From: an uncultured Chthonomonadaceae bacterium
GTDB lineage: Bacteria > Armatimonadota > Chthonomonadetes > Chthonomonadales > Chthonomonadaceae
Length of the DNA stretch: 64,000 bases
Direction of reading: 5' to 3'
Assembly (NCBI GenBank): GCA_963817895.1
Contig: CAWFQB010000003.1
Location: 64,001-128,000 of the forward strand
A model generated the notes under the pieces. It saw only the letters and a program-made list of their open reading frames with translations, was not told the DNA's origin and did not search any database. Numbering within the stretch: the first letter of the stretch is position 1; every line of letters starts with the position of its first letter. Shown piece by piece: positions 21,441-32,813 of the stretch. The translations under genes and the position numbers were made by a program.

Positions 21441-24207
21441 TTGACGATTAAAACTATACGACTTTTGGGATTACCTCTCTTTGCGCTGTCAACTATGGGC
21501 ATAGTGTGCAGGGCGCAGACGGCATCTTCTACGCCCCCACCACCGGTACAGAAACGCACGCCGTACGATCTCAAAATGCTGGTGGAGCAGTCGAATTGGT
21601 ATGTGACGCAGCGCGGCCCTCTGCTCGCGCTCGATCCCGTCCTTGTGTATCGCGACTCTCGTATTCCGCTTCCGGTTCCCGGCCCCGCCGGTTACGAATT
21701 GCGGCTTGCCGCTCCCGGTTTTGACCGGATGCTCGTCAGTACGGGTGCGGTTTCCATCCTCGCGCCTGCGCAAATGACGCTGATTGACGACAAGCCCCGC
21801 GAACGCCCCAACCTTTACGATGGCCTGCCCCGCGACCTCAAAGTAAAATACCTGATGGCGACATTGACCCCGTCGCAGTGGAAAATGCTGGGCGAAAAAG
21901 GGCTGGGAGTGGGCGACCTGACGGGCGAACAGCAGCCCGTCTACCTTTCGCTTTTGCCCGACCCGTTTGTCGTGAAACGCTGGAACCGAGACGCGAACGG
22001 CGTTATGATTGGCGATAGTTCTTCCGTTACGCTCACGCCGGAACAGCGCGCGCAGACGCGATTGCGAATTCACCGCAACGCGCAGGTCATGGCTCCCCTG
22101 CAAAACAAGCCTCATACCTACATGTATGCCTCCCCTGACAGGTTTGCGCCGGGGGAGCCGAACGGCGCGGCATGGGAACGCGACACGCGGGACGAGGATA
22201 AAAGGACAGACCTGTTCGGCGTTAATTTACTTTCGGTCGTTCCCAACAAACTCAAGTCGTCACAACTGGATTACGCCTCGCCGCGCTTGAACGCGGTGGT
22301 TGAACTGACAGGCGCGGCCACGCCGGGCGAGTTGATTGCCCGCATCAGCGCGGCCACGCATCTGGAAATCTATGCGGATGGGCGTGTGGCGGGGTTGCCG
22401 CTTCTGATACGCGGCGAACGGGCGCGGGCCGGGGACGTGCTTAAAGGCTCTTGCGCTTGGCGTGACGGGAACGTTTCGCAAAGTAGACACGGCCTTTGTC
22501 CTGACCAATGACCTGACCGGAATTGGAACGCGGCAAATGCGGCTGGCAGAGTGGCAGGAACAGATTAAAGAAAAAACCGATCAGTTGGAAAAGGAGCTGA
22601 CAAAGCAGATTGTGCAGCACAGCGGCAAGGAGGGCGGCGTTCTCGCGCTCGGTTACGCCCCCAACGACCCCTGCCCATTGACGCCTGCCATAGAACAGGC
22701 CGTCCGTAAAGACCGCGTTATTTCCGCCGCAAACCTGACGCCCGCGCTGCAGCAATTGCTGCGCGATGCCGTCGCGGAACAGGCAAAAAATCCGAATGAC
22801 GAACAACTGCGCGATGACTCGGCCAGCATTGACATCTACTGGCAGTTCGCGTTTCAACTGCCAAACGGCGCAATCTTGCAGCATGAACGCGGATCGCTTG
22901 GCTCTTACCGGCAGTATTCTCCTGCACAGGAAACGAACCGGGCGGCAAATGGCGTGGGCGCGGCAGCGGAATTAAAGCCTTTTGCCCGCCATCCCCTGCC
23001 CGCGGGAACCAATCCGCGCGTCCTGTTTTTAGCGCCGCGCCATTCGCAAGACGCTGTTGATATGGCGCAAACGGCGCATAGCCTCGGATTTACGGAACTG
23101 ATTCTTTATACGGATGACAGAACCGTCCTTAAAGCGGCGATTGCCGAAGCCGGTAAAACGCGGGGCGGCACAGGCAACGCGCAACCCTCTTTGCGCGTTT
23201 GCGCTGCTGTCGCGCCGTTTGCCCCCGCGCCGAATGAAGCGCGAGCGCGAACGGCCTTGATGTAAATTTGATCGGAGAAACCGCCGCGCAAATCGTGGCT
23301 GCCCGCAGCGCGCAGACGCGCTGGAACCAATTTCAGAGTTGGACAGTGAAGGGGCCGTTTCCACGCCTTGTGCCGGAAAAGATCGTGGGCGTGACGAACG
23401 CGCTTGCTCCGGTCGGCCCGGAACAGCGCGCGCATTTCCGCAAGATCGCGGAACTGGCGCGAACGGAAGGATTGGCGGGACTGTTCCTGTACGACACGCA
23501 GCCCGGAGGCTACGCGGGCAAGCGTCCCCCGACTTCCTTCAGTACCAATGATGAAGTGCTGGCCGAGCGCGAAAATCTGGGCTACACGCCCGCTCTGCGC
23601 CTCGCATTTTTGCGTAAGGCAGGCGCGGACCCGCTTGATCTCACCCCGCCGCGTATCAGCGTGGATGTAGACCTCCTGCTGCCGTTTTTCCCTGACAAAG
23701 AGGCCACTCCCAGTTCCCGCGAGCCGCAACGGCAATCCCTGTCGGAGTTTGCCTCCCAGGAAGAGGAGGCGTGGGATGCGTTTCGGGCGGAAACCAACCG
23801 CAGAGCAATGTCGGATTTGTTCGCTCTGCTGCGCGAATCCGCGCCCAACCTGCCCCTCATGCTGGAAGTTCGCGCCGCCCTGAATAACGTCGCCGATTTT
23901 CAGCGATTTCTGGCCCGCGTGGGCCAGTTGGACGCGCCCGGAACACCTGCTCGTCGGCTCACCTGAATTGCATAACAGCGACAAGCGCCCACAACTCCCA
24001 AAGGGCGAACGGTATCTGTTCCCGATTCAGTTTTCCGCGTCCGAATTGCTGCCTGCCCGCCCGATACTCCGCGAAGAGATGGAACATTTACAAAGCGTTC
24101 AGGGCAAATTAAGCGCGGACTATCCGTTCGTTCTGGATTTTCGTTACCTGCCCGCTCCCCGCGCATTGTCACTGCTCAACGAGTTTATTGCGCCGGCAAG
24201 TCCGTAG
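21441..24207 (+). CDS. Large exported hypothetical protein (~920 aa) split by three frameshifts
   Basis: Signal peptide; ORFs 21441-22511, 22462-23265, 23268-23966 and 23968-24207 join by single-base shifts (e.g. VLK-ALALGVTGTFR). Confidence 0.65.
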
Positions 24208-24209
24208 AA

Positions 24210-24252
24210 GATACGAGATACGAGATACGAGGCACAAGCCGAACACCGAACA
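24210..24252. repeat. Heptamer arrays (GATACGA)3 and (CCGAACA)2
   Basis: Direct reading. Confidence 0.75.
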
Positions 24253-24271
24253 CCCACGAAATGGAGGGGGG

Positions 24272-25135
24272 ATGCAGGCGCGTCTGGTTTCTTTGCTGAC
24301 AACGCAGGATCGCATGGAAATGTTCGTTCGCGGCGAACGCTGCGCGACGTATCGCTACGCCGAAGGGCAAATCCCCGGCTTCGTCAGTCTGTCCGCTCCC
24401 GGCGAACGCCTGATTACGCAGCCCAACGCGGACGGATTGGGAATGTGGCTGACATGCGAGGGAAAAGGGAAAAGGGTAAAGGGAAAAGAAGAGGAATCCC
24501 TCTTAACTCTCGACTCTCAACTCTCAACTCCTTCATCCTTTGCTACTATCGAAATGACGGCGCGGCGGGGGGCGTATTCTGTGGGATTTCAGCACGAATG
24601 CGCGTGGCTGAATGGGGCGGGGGAACGGCTGCTGACGGATACGCGGACGGTTCGGGTTGCGCCGGGGCCGAGCGAGGGGGCGATACTTGACATTGCCCTG
24701 CGCTTGCAGGCGGAAGCGGAACGGGGCGTGAGTTTTGCGCCCTCACAAGGGGGATTGCTGTGTCTGCGCGTGGCGTCCGGGCTGTTCGATTCGGGTACGG
24801 AGTTGATCGGCGGCGGGCAAATCCGCAACAACCGGGGCGAGTACGGCATGGCCGCATTGCACGGACGGCAGGCAAAATGGTGCGCGGGCGCGGGCGTGAT
24901 ACAGGGCGAAACGGTTGGCTTCGCGTTTCTGGAACATCCGCACAACCCGTATTTCCCCTCCCCGTGGATTGCCCGCGCGGATGGCCTTTTATCCCCCTCG
25001 CCCTTCGGCTGGCGCAGCCTGACGCTTGCTCCCGGCGACCGTCTCGACCTGCGCTACCGTATTTTGATTTACATGGGCTACGTCAATCAGGGATGGGCGG
25101 ATGCGCGTTTACAGGATTTTGCGCGGGAGGTTTGA
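24272..25135 (+). CDS. PmoA/DUF6807-like hypothetical protein with in-frame repeat insertion
   Basis: WL..GE.LL.D.R, LEHPHNP..P.PW..R..G, LDLRYRILI; GGAGG RBS. Confidence 0.6.
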   Translation: MQARLVSLLTTQDRMEMFVRGERCATYRYAEGQIPGFVSLSAPGERLITQPNADGLGMWLTCEGKGKRVKGKEEESLLTLDSQLSTPSSFATIEMTARRGAYSVGFQHECAWLNGAGERLLTDTRTVRVAPGPSEGAILDIALRLQAEAERGVSFAPSQGGLLCLRVASGLFDSGTELIGGGQIRNNRGEYGMAALHGRQAKWCAGAGVIQGETVGFAFLEHPHNPYFPSPWIARADGLLSPSPFGWRSLTLAPGDRLDLRYRILIYMGYVNQGWADARLQDFAREV

Positions 25136-25151
25136 AGCCCTCAACCCCCAG

Positions 25152-25179
25152 CCCCTTCTCCCAACATTGGGAGAAGGGG
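25152..25179. repeat. REP-like palindrome / terminator CCCCTTCTCCCAA-CA-TTGGGAGAAGGGG
   Basis: 13-bp perfect inverted repeat between convergent genes. Confidence 0.8.
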
Positions 25180-25190
25180 AGTATGTGAAA

Positions 25191-26181
25191 TTAACGTCGT
25201 ATATTGGTGGAAGCGCGGGAACGGGCGGCTTCGATCTCCTTGCGCGTGGACAGCAGCAGGTCGCCGGGCATGGTGTGTTTCAGCGCGGCCATCGCGACTC
25301 CGTATTCCAATCCGGCGTGAAAATCGTTTTGCAGATAGCCCAAAATCACGCCCGCGTTGAACGCGTCCCCGGCCCCGACCCGATCCACAACCTGCCCCAA
25401 CGTGTGCGGCGACGCGGCCCAATCCCCCGCATCGTCACAGGCCAACGCGCCGCCCCCGCCCAACGTCACCACAACCGTTCCGCAACCGTAACGCGCCTTC
25501 AATTCTCGCGCAACCTGCGCCCCTTCCCCCGTAATTCCGAACAGCAGTTCCGCATCGGCAAGCGGCGTCAGCAGCAAGTCAATGTGAGGCAGGAGCGGTT
25601 CCAGAACCTGCTTCGCCTGCTCCGCGTTCCACAGTTTGGCGCGATAGTTGATGTCGAACGAGATGCGCGTACCCGCCTGTTTCGCCGTCTGCATGGCGTG
25701 GAGAATGGCCTCCGCGCAGGACGGACTGAGCGCGGGCGTGATGCCGGACAGGTGCAGCAGGCGGGCGCGGGCAATACGGTCGTCGTCAACATCTGTCGGG
25801 CGTGAGCGTACTGGCCGAAGATTCGGCGCGGTCATAATACACGTCAATGCCGCGCGGCGGCAGGCCGAAATCCAGAAAATAGGTTCCGGCGCGGGCGGTT
25901 GGGGTTTCGTCCCAGACCACATCGGACGTATCCACGCCCCACCGCCGAATTTCGTTTTCAATGCGCCGTCCGAGCGGGTTGGCGGGCAGTTTGCTCCACC
26001 ACGCCGTACGCAAACCGAGCCGCGCAAGCGCCACAGCGGTATTCGATTCCGAGCCGCCAATCCGTACGTCCAGCGTGATGGCCTCTTCCAGTCGGCTGAA
26101 ACCCGGCGCGCTCAACCGCAGCATCGTTTCTCCGAAGGTCAGTACATCTAAGTCGCGCCCAGTTTGCTTGTCCTCAATCAA
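25191..26181 (-). CDS. kdgK: PfkB sugar kinase, 2-keto-3-deoxygluconate kinase-like (frameshift near 25795)
   Basis: FGETMLRL, GGSESNTA, YYDRAES; SFDINYR, DRVGAGDAF. Confidence 0.8.
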
Positions 26182-27080
26182 CTTGCTTTCGTCTCCGCTT
26201 CTGCTCGTTCCAGCATTGCAATTATGGCATCATAGCCGTGTGTTGTCGCTTCCTTCACTTCCCGCGCATAGTTCCGCGCATAGTTAGACTCGCTAAAAAT
26301 GTGTCGTCTCGCAATTGCTGCTTCCCGCGCCGTTTGGTTGTCTGGCTTAGTCTTTAGATACGGATTAGCGTGATATTCCAGCAGGACGGGAACAACACTC
26401 GTACAATTGCATGTGGCGGCTAGGTATAAAGCCGTACTGCCGTCATACCCCTGCGCATTTACATTTGCGCCAGATTCCAGCAACAGCCGTATGACTTGCG
26501 GGTAATCCCATAAAACGGCTTCATGCAGTGGCGTATGTCCCGATGCATCACAAGCATTCACATCCGCGCCATGCGCCAGCAAATCCTCTATCATACCCAA
26601 TCGCCATGGAATTGCATGCTCGTATTCTTCATACTCACGGCAGCAAGCATTACACAGTGAAGAACCACCCGGTCGCTCTGTTTTGGCTCCTTTTTGCAAT
26701 AACATGTGAACCGTTTCAAAGGACAGTCCGGCAGCGGCTTCCTCTAAAATTGTCGTGTCATAGATTCCCATCGCATTGATGTCCTCCCCATGTTCCAGTA
26801 ACAGGGCGACAATAGAAACATGGTTATTGTACGCGGCGTGATAGATTGCAGAAGCGGGATTTGCTCCCTCTTCGAGCAGCAGGCGAACAATCGCTTCGTG
26901 CCCTGATCTCGCCGCGTTGATAATAGCGGTTTCATCTCCTTCATCCACAGCATTCAGAAACCGCAAATACTCGGACGAAGATAATACTTCGCGCTGTTGA
27001 TTCAGTAAACGGTTTACTGTGGCGAAATCACCCTGTTCCACAGCAGTATGAAGATCATCTGGATTAGCAACGTGATCCAT
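26178..27080 (-). CDS. Cytoplasmic ankyrin-repeat protein
   Basis: Several G.T.LH/GADVN repeats; AGGAG RBS; no signal peptide. Confidence 0.9.
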   Translation of the reverse strand: MDHVANPDDLHTAVEQGDFATVNRLLNQQREVLSSSEYLRFLNAVDEGDETAIINAARSGHEAIVRLLLEEGANPASAIYHAAYNNHVSIVALLLEHGEDINAMGIYDTTILEEAAAGLSFETVHMLLQKGAKTERPGGSSLCNACCREYEEYEHAIPWRLGMIEDLLAHGADVNACDASGHTPLHEAVLWDYPQVIRLLLESGANVNAQGYDGSTALYLAATCNCTSVVPVLLEYHANPYLKTKPDNQTAREAAIARRHIFSESNYARNYAREVKEATTHGYDAIIAMLERAEAETKAS

Positions 27081-27100
27081 AGCGTCACCGCTCCTGTTAA

Positions 27101-28242
27101 CTCACCTTACGCAGGCGAGCAGTTTGTAGTCACAGATTTGCTGTTGTTGACGGTAGAATAGTGTCATGGACAAACAACTTCTGGACCTTTACTCAGACTA
27201 TCTCCTTTGTTCGTTCGGCCTGACTACCGCGACGGGCCTTTCCACCCTGCTCGACGGCGCGATTAGCCACGACAAGATCACGCGGTTCTTGTCAGGACGT
27301 GACTTCACTTCTTCGGACCTGTGGCATCTGGTCAAACCCTTGGTACGGCAGGTACAATGTGAAGACGCAGTTCTGGTCTTCGATGACAGCATCGAAGAAA
27401 AACTCTATACGGATGAAAGCGAACTCATTTGCTGGCATTGGGATCATTGCTTCAACCGCAACGTGAAGGGCATCAACATTCTGACCTGTTTGTATCGCGC
27501 GCCGACTGCCGCTCTGCCCGTTGCCTTCGAGTTGATCCAAAAGTCGGCTTGGGAAACGCATAAGAAGACGGGCAAACCCAAGCGAGTGTGTCCCAAGACC
27601 AAGAACGAATACCTGCGCGAGATGGTGGCGCAATGTCAGAAGAACCAATTGCCTTTTCGCTATGTCCTGGCCGACGCTTGGTTCAGCGCGGCAGAAACGA
27701 TGATGCACCTCAAAAACGAAGGCAAAACCGACTTTATCTTCCCGATTAAGGCCAACCGCAAGGTGGCTTTGTCCCAGGAAGACAAGTTGGCAGGCCGCTA
27801 TATGCCCGTATCCTCGCTTTGCTGCGAAGCGGACGCCGTATTGAACATCTGGCTGGAGGGGGTAAACTTCCCCCTTCTGCTGTGTAAGCAGGTCTTTACA
27901 AACAAGGACGGCAGCCAGGGCGTTCTCTATCTCGTGACGAGTGACACGACGTTAAGCGGTTGCGACATCCAGACGATCTACCAAAAACGGTGGAAAGTTG
28001 AAGAGTATCACAAATCGGTCAAGAGCAATGCGAGTTTCGCCAAGTCGCCGACCAAAACTATTCGGACCCAGAGCAACCATATCTTCGCCTGTTTATGGGC
28101 GTATGTGAAGTTGGAAAGTCTGCGTTTGCAGACGCGCTTGAACCATTTTGCGATGAAAGGCAGGCTCTACAAAGCGGCCCTTGCCAGCGCCTACCGCGAA
28201 CTACAACTGCTCAAAGGCATGAGTGCGCCTGCGTAAGGTGAG
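27101..28242 (+). mobile_element. Intact insertion sequence (1142 bp), DDE transposase, IS701/ISH3-like
   Basis: 17-bp perfect TIRs CTCACCTTACGCAGGCG (27101-27117, 28226-28242); 7-bp TSD CTGTTAA (27094-27100, 28243-28249). Confidence 0.93.
27166..28236 (+). CDS. DDE transposase
   Basis: SHDKITRFL, VFDDS, LADAWF, YQKRWKVEEYHK. Confidence 0.93.
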   Translation: MDKQLLDLYSDYLLCSFGLTTATGLSTLLDGAISHDKITRFLSGRDFTSSDLWHLVKPLVRQVQCEDAVLVFDDSIEEKLYTDESELICWHWDHCFNRNVKGINILTCLYRAPTAALPVAFELIQKSAWETHKKTGKPKRVCPKTKNEYLREMVAQCQKNQLPFRYVLADAWFSAAETMMHLKNEGKTDFIFPIKANRKVALSQEDKLAGRYMPVSSLCCEADAVLNIWLEGVNFPLLLCKQVFTNKDGSQGVLYLVTSDTTLSGCDIQTIYQKRWKVEEYHKSVKSNASFAKSPTKTIRTQSNHIFACLWAYVKLESLRLQTRLNHFAMKGRLYKAALASAYRELQLLKGMSAPA

Positions 28243-28245
28243 CTG

Positions 28246-29400
28246 TTAATGAACAATTAAGACGTGAGCAACGCCGACGATTGCGCCGCCGAGCACCAGC
28301 CATGCGGAGTTGACGCGCCAGCGCAGCAACAACAGGAGACTTATTCCACATAAAACGATGGTAGTTACATCTTTGAGCGCGTTCTGCGCGAGTTATCCTG
28401 TCACCAAAGCCATTAAAGCGAGGGACGCGACATTCACGCCGTCCAGAAACGCGCCCGCTAACTTAGATTGTCGGATACGCGCAACGAGCGGGCCGCTCAG
28501 GGCGACAAAGGCGAACGCGGGCAGGAAGATGCCTAACGTCGCCACGATTGCGCCTTTGGGACCGGCCAGAATGTACCCGATAAACGTTGCCGTTGTGAAT
28601 ACGGGACCGGGCGTTACCTGTCCGATGGCGACCGCGTCCAGCAGTTGCCCTGTTGTCAGTCATGCGCGTTTTGTCACCAGATCGTCGCGTAGAAAGGCGA
28701 GCAACACATACCCGCTGCCGTACACGACCGAGCCGAGTTTCAGAAACACAAGGCCGAGAGTGGTCAAGCCGAGCGTGGAAGACGCTCCGGCATAGCGGCT
28801 TAATACGAGGGGCAATGCAATCACTGCGCCGAACGTGAGCAGCAGTACAAGCAGCGGGCGTAAACTCTCTTTGCCCTTTCCATTTATCCACGCCGTGCCG
28901 CCCGCTGCCAGCCCGGACGCGCCTAATGCCAGCAAGGGATTTGCGCCCATTGCCGCCATCAGCAACGCGCCGACACCCACTGCGCCGAGGAACCGCGTCT
29001 TGATCGCTGTTTTACGCAGATTCCACAACGCCTGCGCGACAATGGCGACCACAACCGGCTTCACGCCGTACAATGCGCCCGCGATTTGCGGCAATTGCCC
29101 GAAGCGCGTATATGCCCACGCCAACAGCATGACCAGCAGAAACGCGGGCAAAATAAAGCACGTTCCCGCCAGAAACAGGCCCATCCATCCGGCTTTGCGA
29201 TACCCGATATGGATCGCCAATTCCGTTGAAGAGGGGCCGGGAACCAGATTGGACGCGCCAAGCAGGTCCAGAAACTGCTCCTTCGTGAGCCACTGCCGAC
29301 GCTCCACAACCTCCTGCTGCATCATGGCGATGTGCGCGGCAGGCCCTCCGAACGCCGTTGTTCCCAACCGCAGAAACAGGCGGGCCAGTTCCGCAGGCAC
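28246..29400 (-). CDS. chrA: Chromate efflux transporter, in-frame TGA at 28660-28662 (start approximate)
   Basis: FGGPAAHIA, PGPSSTE, YGSGYVL; same frame continues after TGA as LTTGQLLDAVAIGQVTPGP to TAA at 28246. Confidence 0.88.
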
Positions 29401-29494
29401 AGCCGATTGCGTTGTCGCTTCCGCAGGCCCAGTCGATGCGGGCGTTGTTTCCGGCAGGGCGGCATTATCTTCGGGTTCAGGATTTATCCGTCGC

Positions 29495-29971
29495 TCACAA
29501 TGCGTTTTCCGCGGCTTCGCGAATGGCGGTCAGTACCTCATCGCTGTGTCCCGGCACTTTCACCTTGCGGAAAATGGTACGAATTTTGCCGCCGGGGGCA
29601 ATCACATACGTCGCGCGTTCAATGCCCATATATTGCCGCCCGTACATGGATTTTTCCGCCCACACGCCGTACTCCTCCGCCGTCTTGTGTTCCGTGTCCG
29701 CCAGCAGGTGAAACGGCAGGTTGTACTTGTCGGCAAACGCGAGCTGCGCTTTGCTTTCGTCGGGGCTGATACCGAGCAGTACCGCGTTTTCGCCGCTGAA
29801 CTCTTCCCGCGCGTCCCGAAACGCGCAGGCTTCCGCCGTGCAGCCGGAGGTATCCGCTTTGGGGTAAAAGAACAGCACAACGGTTTTATCTTTCAGGCCG
29901 GACAGCATAACCGTTTCGCCATTCTGGTCGGGCAGGCTGAAATCGGGGGCCATATCGCCAACATGCAGCAT
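29495..29971 (-). CDS. bcp: Peroxiredoxin BCP/PrxQ
   Basis: FFYPKADTSGCTAEACAFRD, GIERATY. Confidence 0.95.
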   Translation of the reverse strand: MLHVGDMAPDFSLPDQNGETVMLSGLKDKTVVLFFYPKADTSGCTAEACAFRDAREEFSGENAVLLGISPDESKAQLAFADKYNLPFHLLADTEHKTAEEYGVWAEKSMYGRQYMGIERATYVIAPGGKIRTIFRKVKVPGHSDEVLTAIREAAENAL

Positions 29972-30227
29972 CGCGTATAATCCTTTTTGATCTTGGTGTG
30001 GTTTTCAAGCCGACCGTGTTAGCCCTTGCAAAGCAGTTGGCAGCCGACAGTCTGCTATTCGACACGCGCATTATCATTTCCTGTGATTTGCGCTTGCGCG
30101 GACAATATTTCGGCATGATTCGGAATATGCCTGCTTGCCGAGTCTGAGTAGTCGGGGTATCATAGAGAGACAAGCGCTTTGATTTGTGTCACATTTTCGT
30201 TTCAACGTCACTGAGGAAAGCCACCCC

Positions 30228-31196
30228 ATGAACCCTATTGCTGCTAGTGTTATCCATCCGGCGCAGATTCCGATGCGGGGAAGCCGCTTGTTCGGCGCTT
30301 TGGTCGCGCTTGGCTTGCTGTTGTCGTGTTGTCAGGTCGTGTTTGCGCAAAGCGCGGGAGAACATTTTCAGGCCGTTCCCTTGCTTGGTCCCGCCACCCG
30401 TCTTGAACCGGGCATTCTGCTGCATCAGGTGACACTGACGCATAACGGCGTACCGCAGAACCTCTGGATTTACGAGCCGGAACAACCGGCAGACGGCAAA
30501 CGGCCGGTCGTGCTAATTGGGGGCGCAGGCAGCCATTTGATTGACGGCATGACACTCAGCGCCAGTGACCGCCCGGAACATTTGCCGTATGTCCGCGCCG
30601 GGTTCGTGGTTGTCGCGTATGACATCAGCGGCATGTTGCCCGCAAAAAAGAGCGATCAAGGGTTTATCCGCGCTGTGCGCGATTTCAAGGCCGCGCAAGC
30701 CGGGGTTGTCAATATGCGCGCCGCGTTGGAATACGCCCTCGCGGGAATTCCCAACCTTGACGCCAAACGGCTGTATACGGCGGGACACAGTTCGGCGGCT
30801 ACCCTATCCCTGTTGTCCGCAGAGCGCGAACCCCGTATTGCAGCCTGCATCGCGTATGCGCCCTGCTGCGACCTCAAAAAGCGTGTGGGCGCGGAAGCCA
30901 TCAAGACGCTCACCTCCGTTATGCCGGATTATCCGGCTTTCGTGCAGCAGAGTTCTCCGCTGGAAAATACCGCGCTATTGAAGTGTCCTGTGTTCGTGTT
31001 TCATGCCGATGACGACACCAACGTTCCGACAGAAGATAATATTATTTTTGTGAACAAACTGAAACAGACGAATGAGAGAGTGACGTTCATGCGTGTCCCA
31101 ACAGGCGACCACTATCACTCCATGATTAATCAGGGCATTTCCAAAGCTATTCAATGGCTGCAACAGTTGCCACTTCCCGCTTCTGCGACAAAATAA
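30228..31196 (+). CDS. Exported alpha/beta hydrolase (S9 peptidase-like)
   Basis: Signal peptide; GHSSA nucleophile elbow, HADDDTNV, GDH. Confidence 0.8.
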   Translation: MNPIAASVIHPAQIPMRGSRLFGALVALGLLLSCCQVVFAQSAGEHFQAVPLLGPATRLEPGILLHQVTLTHNGVPQNLWIYEPEQPADGKRPVVLIGGAGSHLIDGMTLSASDRPEHLPYVRAGFVVVAYDISGMLPAKKSDQGFIRAVRDFKAAQAGVVNMRAALEYALAGIPNLDAKRLYTAGHSSAATLSLLSAEREPRIAACIAYAPCCDLKKRVGAEAIKTLTSVMPDYPAFVQQSSPLENTALLKCPVFVFHADDDTNVPTEDNIIFVNKLKQTNERVTFMRVPTGDHYHSMINQGISKAIQWLQQLPLPASATK

Positions 31197-31211
31197 GGAC
31201 AGCACAACACT

Positions 31212-32708
31212 ATGGAAGAACAGATAACGGTTATCGGCGGCGGTTTTGGGGGCGTGGAAGCGGCGTGGGCGGCGGCGCAGCAGGGCAGCAGAGTAACGCT
31301 GTATGAAATGCGCCCTGTGAAGAAAACGCCCGTGCATCAGTCGGGCGACCTGGCCGAACTTGTCTGCTCCAACTCGTTCAAATCCAACCTGCTGACCAAT
31401 GCCAGCGGCGTGTTGAAGGAGGAGATGCGGCGTTTGGGTTCCCTGATTTTGCCCATTGCCGAACGCCACCGCGTTCCTGCCGGGGAAGCGCTTGCCGTAG
31501 ACCGCGAACCGTTCGCCCGCGAAGTGACCTGCGCCTTAGAAGCCCACCCCAACATCACGCTTGTGCGCGAAGAAGTCACCAGTCTACCGACAACGCGCCC
31601 CTTAATTATTGCCACCGGCCCGCTCACTTCCGATGCCTTCGCAGCCGAAATCGCCCGACTGACCGGCGGCGACTCGCTCGCCTTCTACGACGCCGTTGCC
31701 CCCACCGTCACTTACGACAGCCTGGACTTGAGCAAAGTGTTTCGCGCCTCTCGACGGGGAAAAGGGTCAGGACTTACGGGAAAGGCAATAGAAGAGGAGA
31801 AAAGGAGAAAAGGAGAAGAGGAGGCGGAAGAACTGGAAACGGCAGGAGAGGATTCATCCCTCATCCTTCATCCTTCATCCTTGCCCGCCGAAGGCGTCGG
31901 CTGTGGCGGCGCGCCGGAAGCCAGCGCGGATTACCTGAACTGCCCTTTTGAAAAGGACGAGTATATGGCGTTCTGGGAAGCGCTGAACGGAGCGGAAAAA
32001 GCGCCTGTACATAACTTTGAATCCGAGGACGCTAATCAGAACGCGGCGAAAATGGTGTTCTTCGAGATGTGCGTGCCGATTGAGGAACTGGCGCGACGGG
32101 GGCCGCGCACCCTTGCCTTCGGCCCGATGAAGCCTGTCGGCCTGAGCGACCCACGCACGGGGCGGCGTCCTTATGCTGTTGTGCAGCTGCGGCAGGAGAA
32201 CAAAGAGGGGACATTGTGGGGGCTGGTGGGCTTCCAAACCCGGCTGAAATGGGGCGAGCAGAAGCGTATTTTGCAGATGATACCGGGTCTGGAAAACGCT
32301 GAATTCGTCCGCTTTGGCGTGATGCACCGCAACACCTACGTCAACGCCCCGCGCCTGCTCGATTTGACGTGCCAACTGCGCGAACATCCGGGCATTTTCC
32401 TTGCCGGACAAATGACGGGCGTAGAGGGCTATCTCGAATCCGCCGCTATCGGCATCTTGGCGGGACTGAACGCGCATCGGCAGCGCGTGGGATTGCCGCC
32501 TGCCATTCCGCCCCGCGAGTCCGTGCTTGGTTCGCTGTGCTATTACCTCGTGGAAACCGACCCGAAACACTTCTCGCCCATGAACAGCAACTGGGGCGTT
32601 GTGCCGGAACTGCCCGGCCCCGTAGTGCGCGACAAGCGGGAAAAAGCAAGATTGAAGGGCGTCCGCGCTCTGTCCGCGTTTGACGATTTTCTGGCGACGC
32701 TGAGATAA
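31212..32708 (+). CDS. trmFO: FAD-dependent tRNA m5U54 methyltransferase with ~50-aa insertion
   Basis: AELVCSNS, IATGPLTS, DYLNCP, FGPMKPVGL, QLRQEN, GVMHRNT, AGQMTGVEGY. Confidence 0.96.
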   Translation: MEEQITVIGGGFGGVEAAWAAAQQGSRVTLYEMRPVKKTPVHQSGDLAELVCSNSFKSNLLTNASGVLKEEMRRLGSLILPIAERHRVPAGEALAVDREPFAREVTCALEAHPNITLVREEVTSLPTTRPLIIATGPLTSDAFAAEIARLTGGDSLAFYDAVAPTVTYDSLDLSKVFRASRRGKGSGLTGKAIEEEKRRKGEEEAEELETAGEDSSLILHPSSLPAEGVGCGGAPEASADYLNCPFEKDEYMAFWEALNGAEKAPVHNFESEDANQNAAKMVFFEMCVPIEELARRGPRTLAFGPMKPVGLSDPRTGRRPYAVVQLRQENKEGTLWGLVGFQTRLKWGEQKRILQMIPGLENAEFVRFGVMHRNTYVNAPRLLDLTCQLREHPGIFLAGQMTGVEGYLESAAIGILAGLNAHRQRVGLPPAIPPRESVLGSLCYYLVETDPKHFSPMNSNWGVVPELPGPVVRDKREKARLKGVRALSAFDDFLATLR

Positions 32709-32813
32709 ACTTCCTGAAACAAACCGGGAGTGGCGGCTGTCTTCCGCGCAATGATGCAGGCGAATGCCGGTATTCGCATTTGCCTGCATTTCTGTGCCGG
32801 AGGAACTCCCCGA

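Noticed and set aside
28660..28662. TGA recoded as Trp (alternative genetic code)
   Set aside because: Many genes in the window end properly at TGA, and Trp is otherwise TGG.
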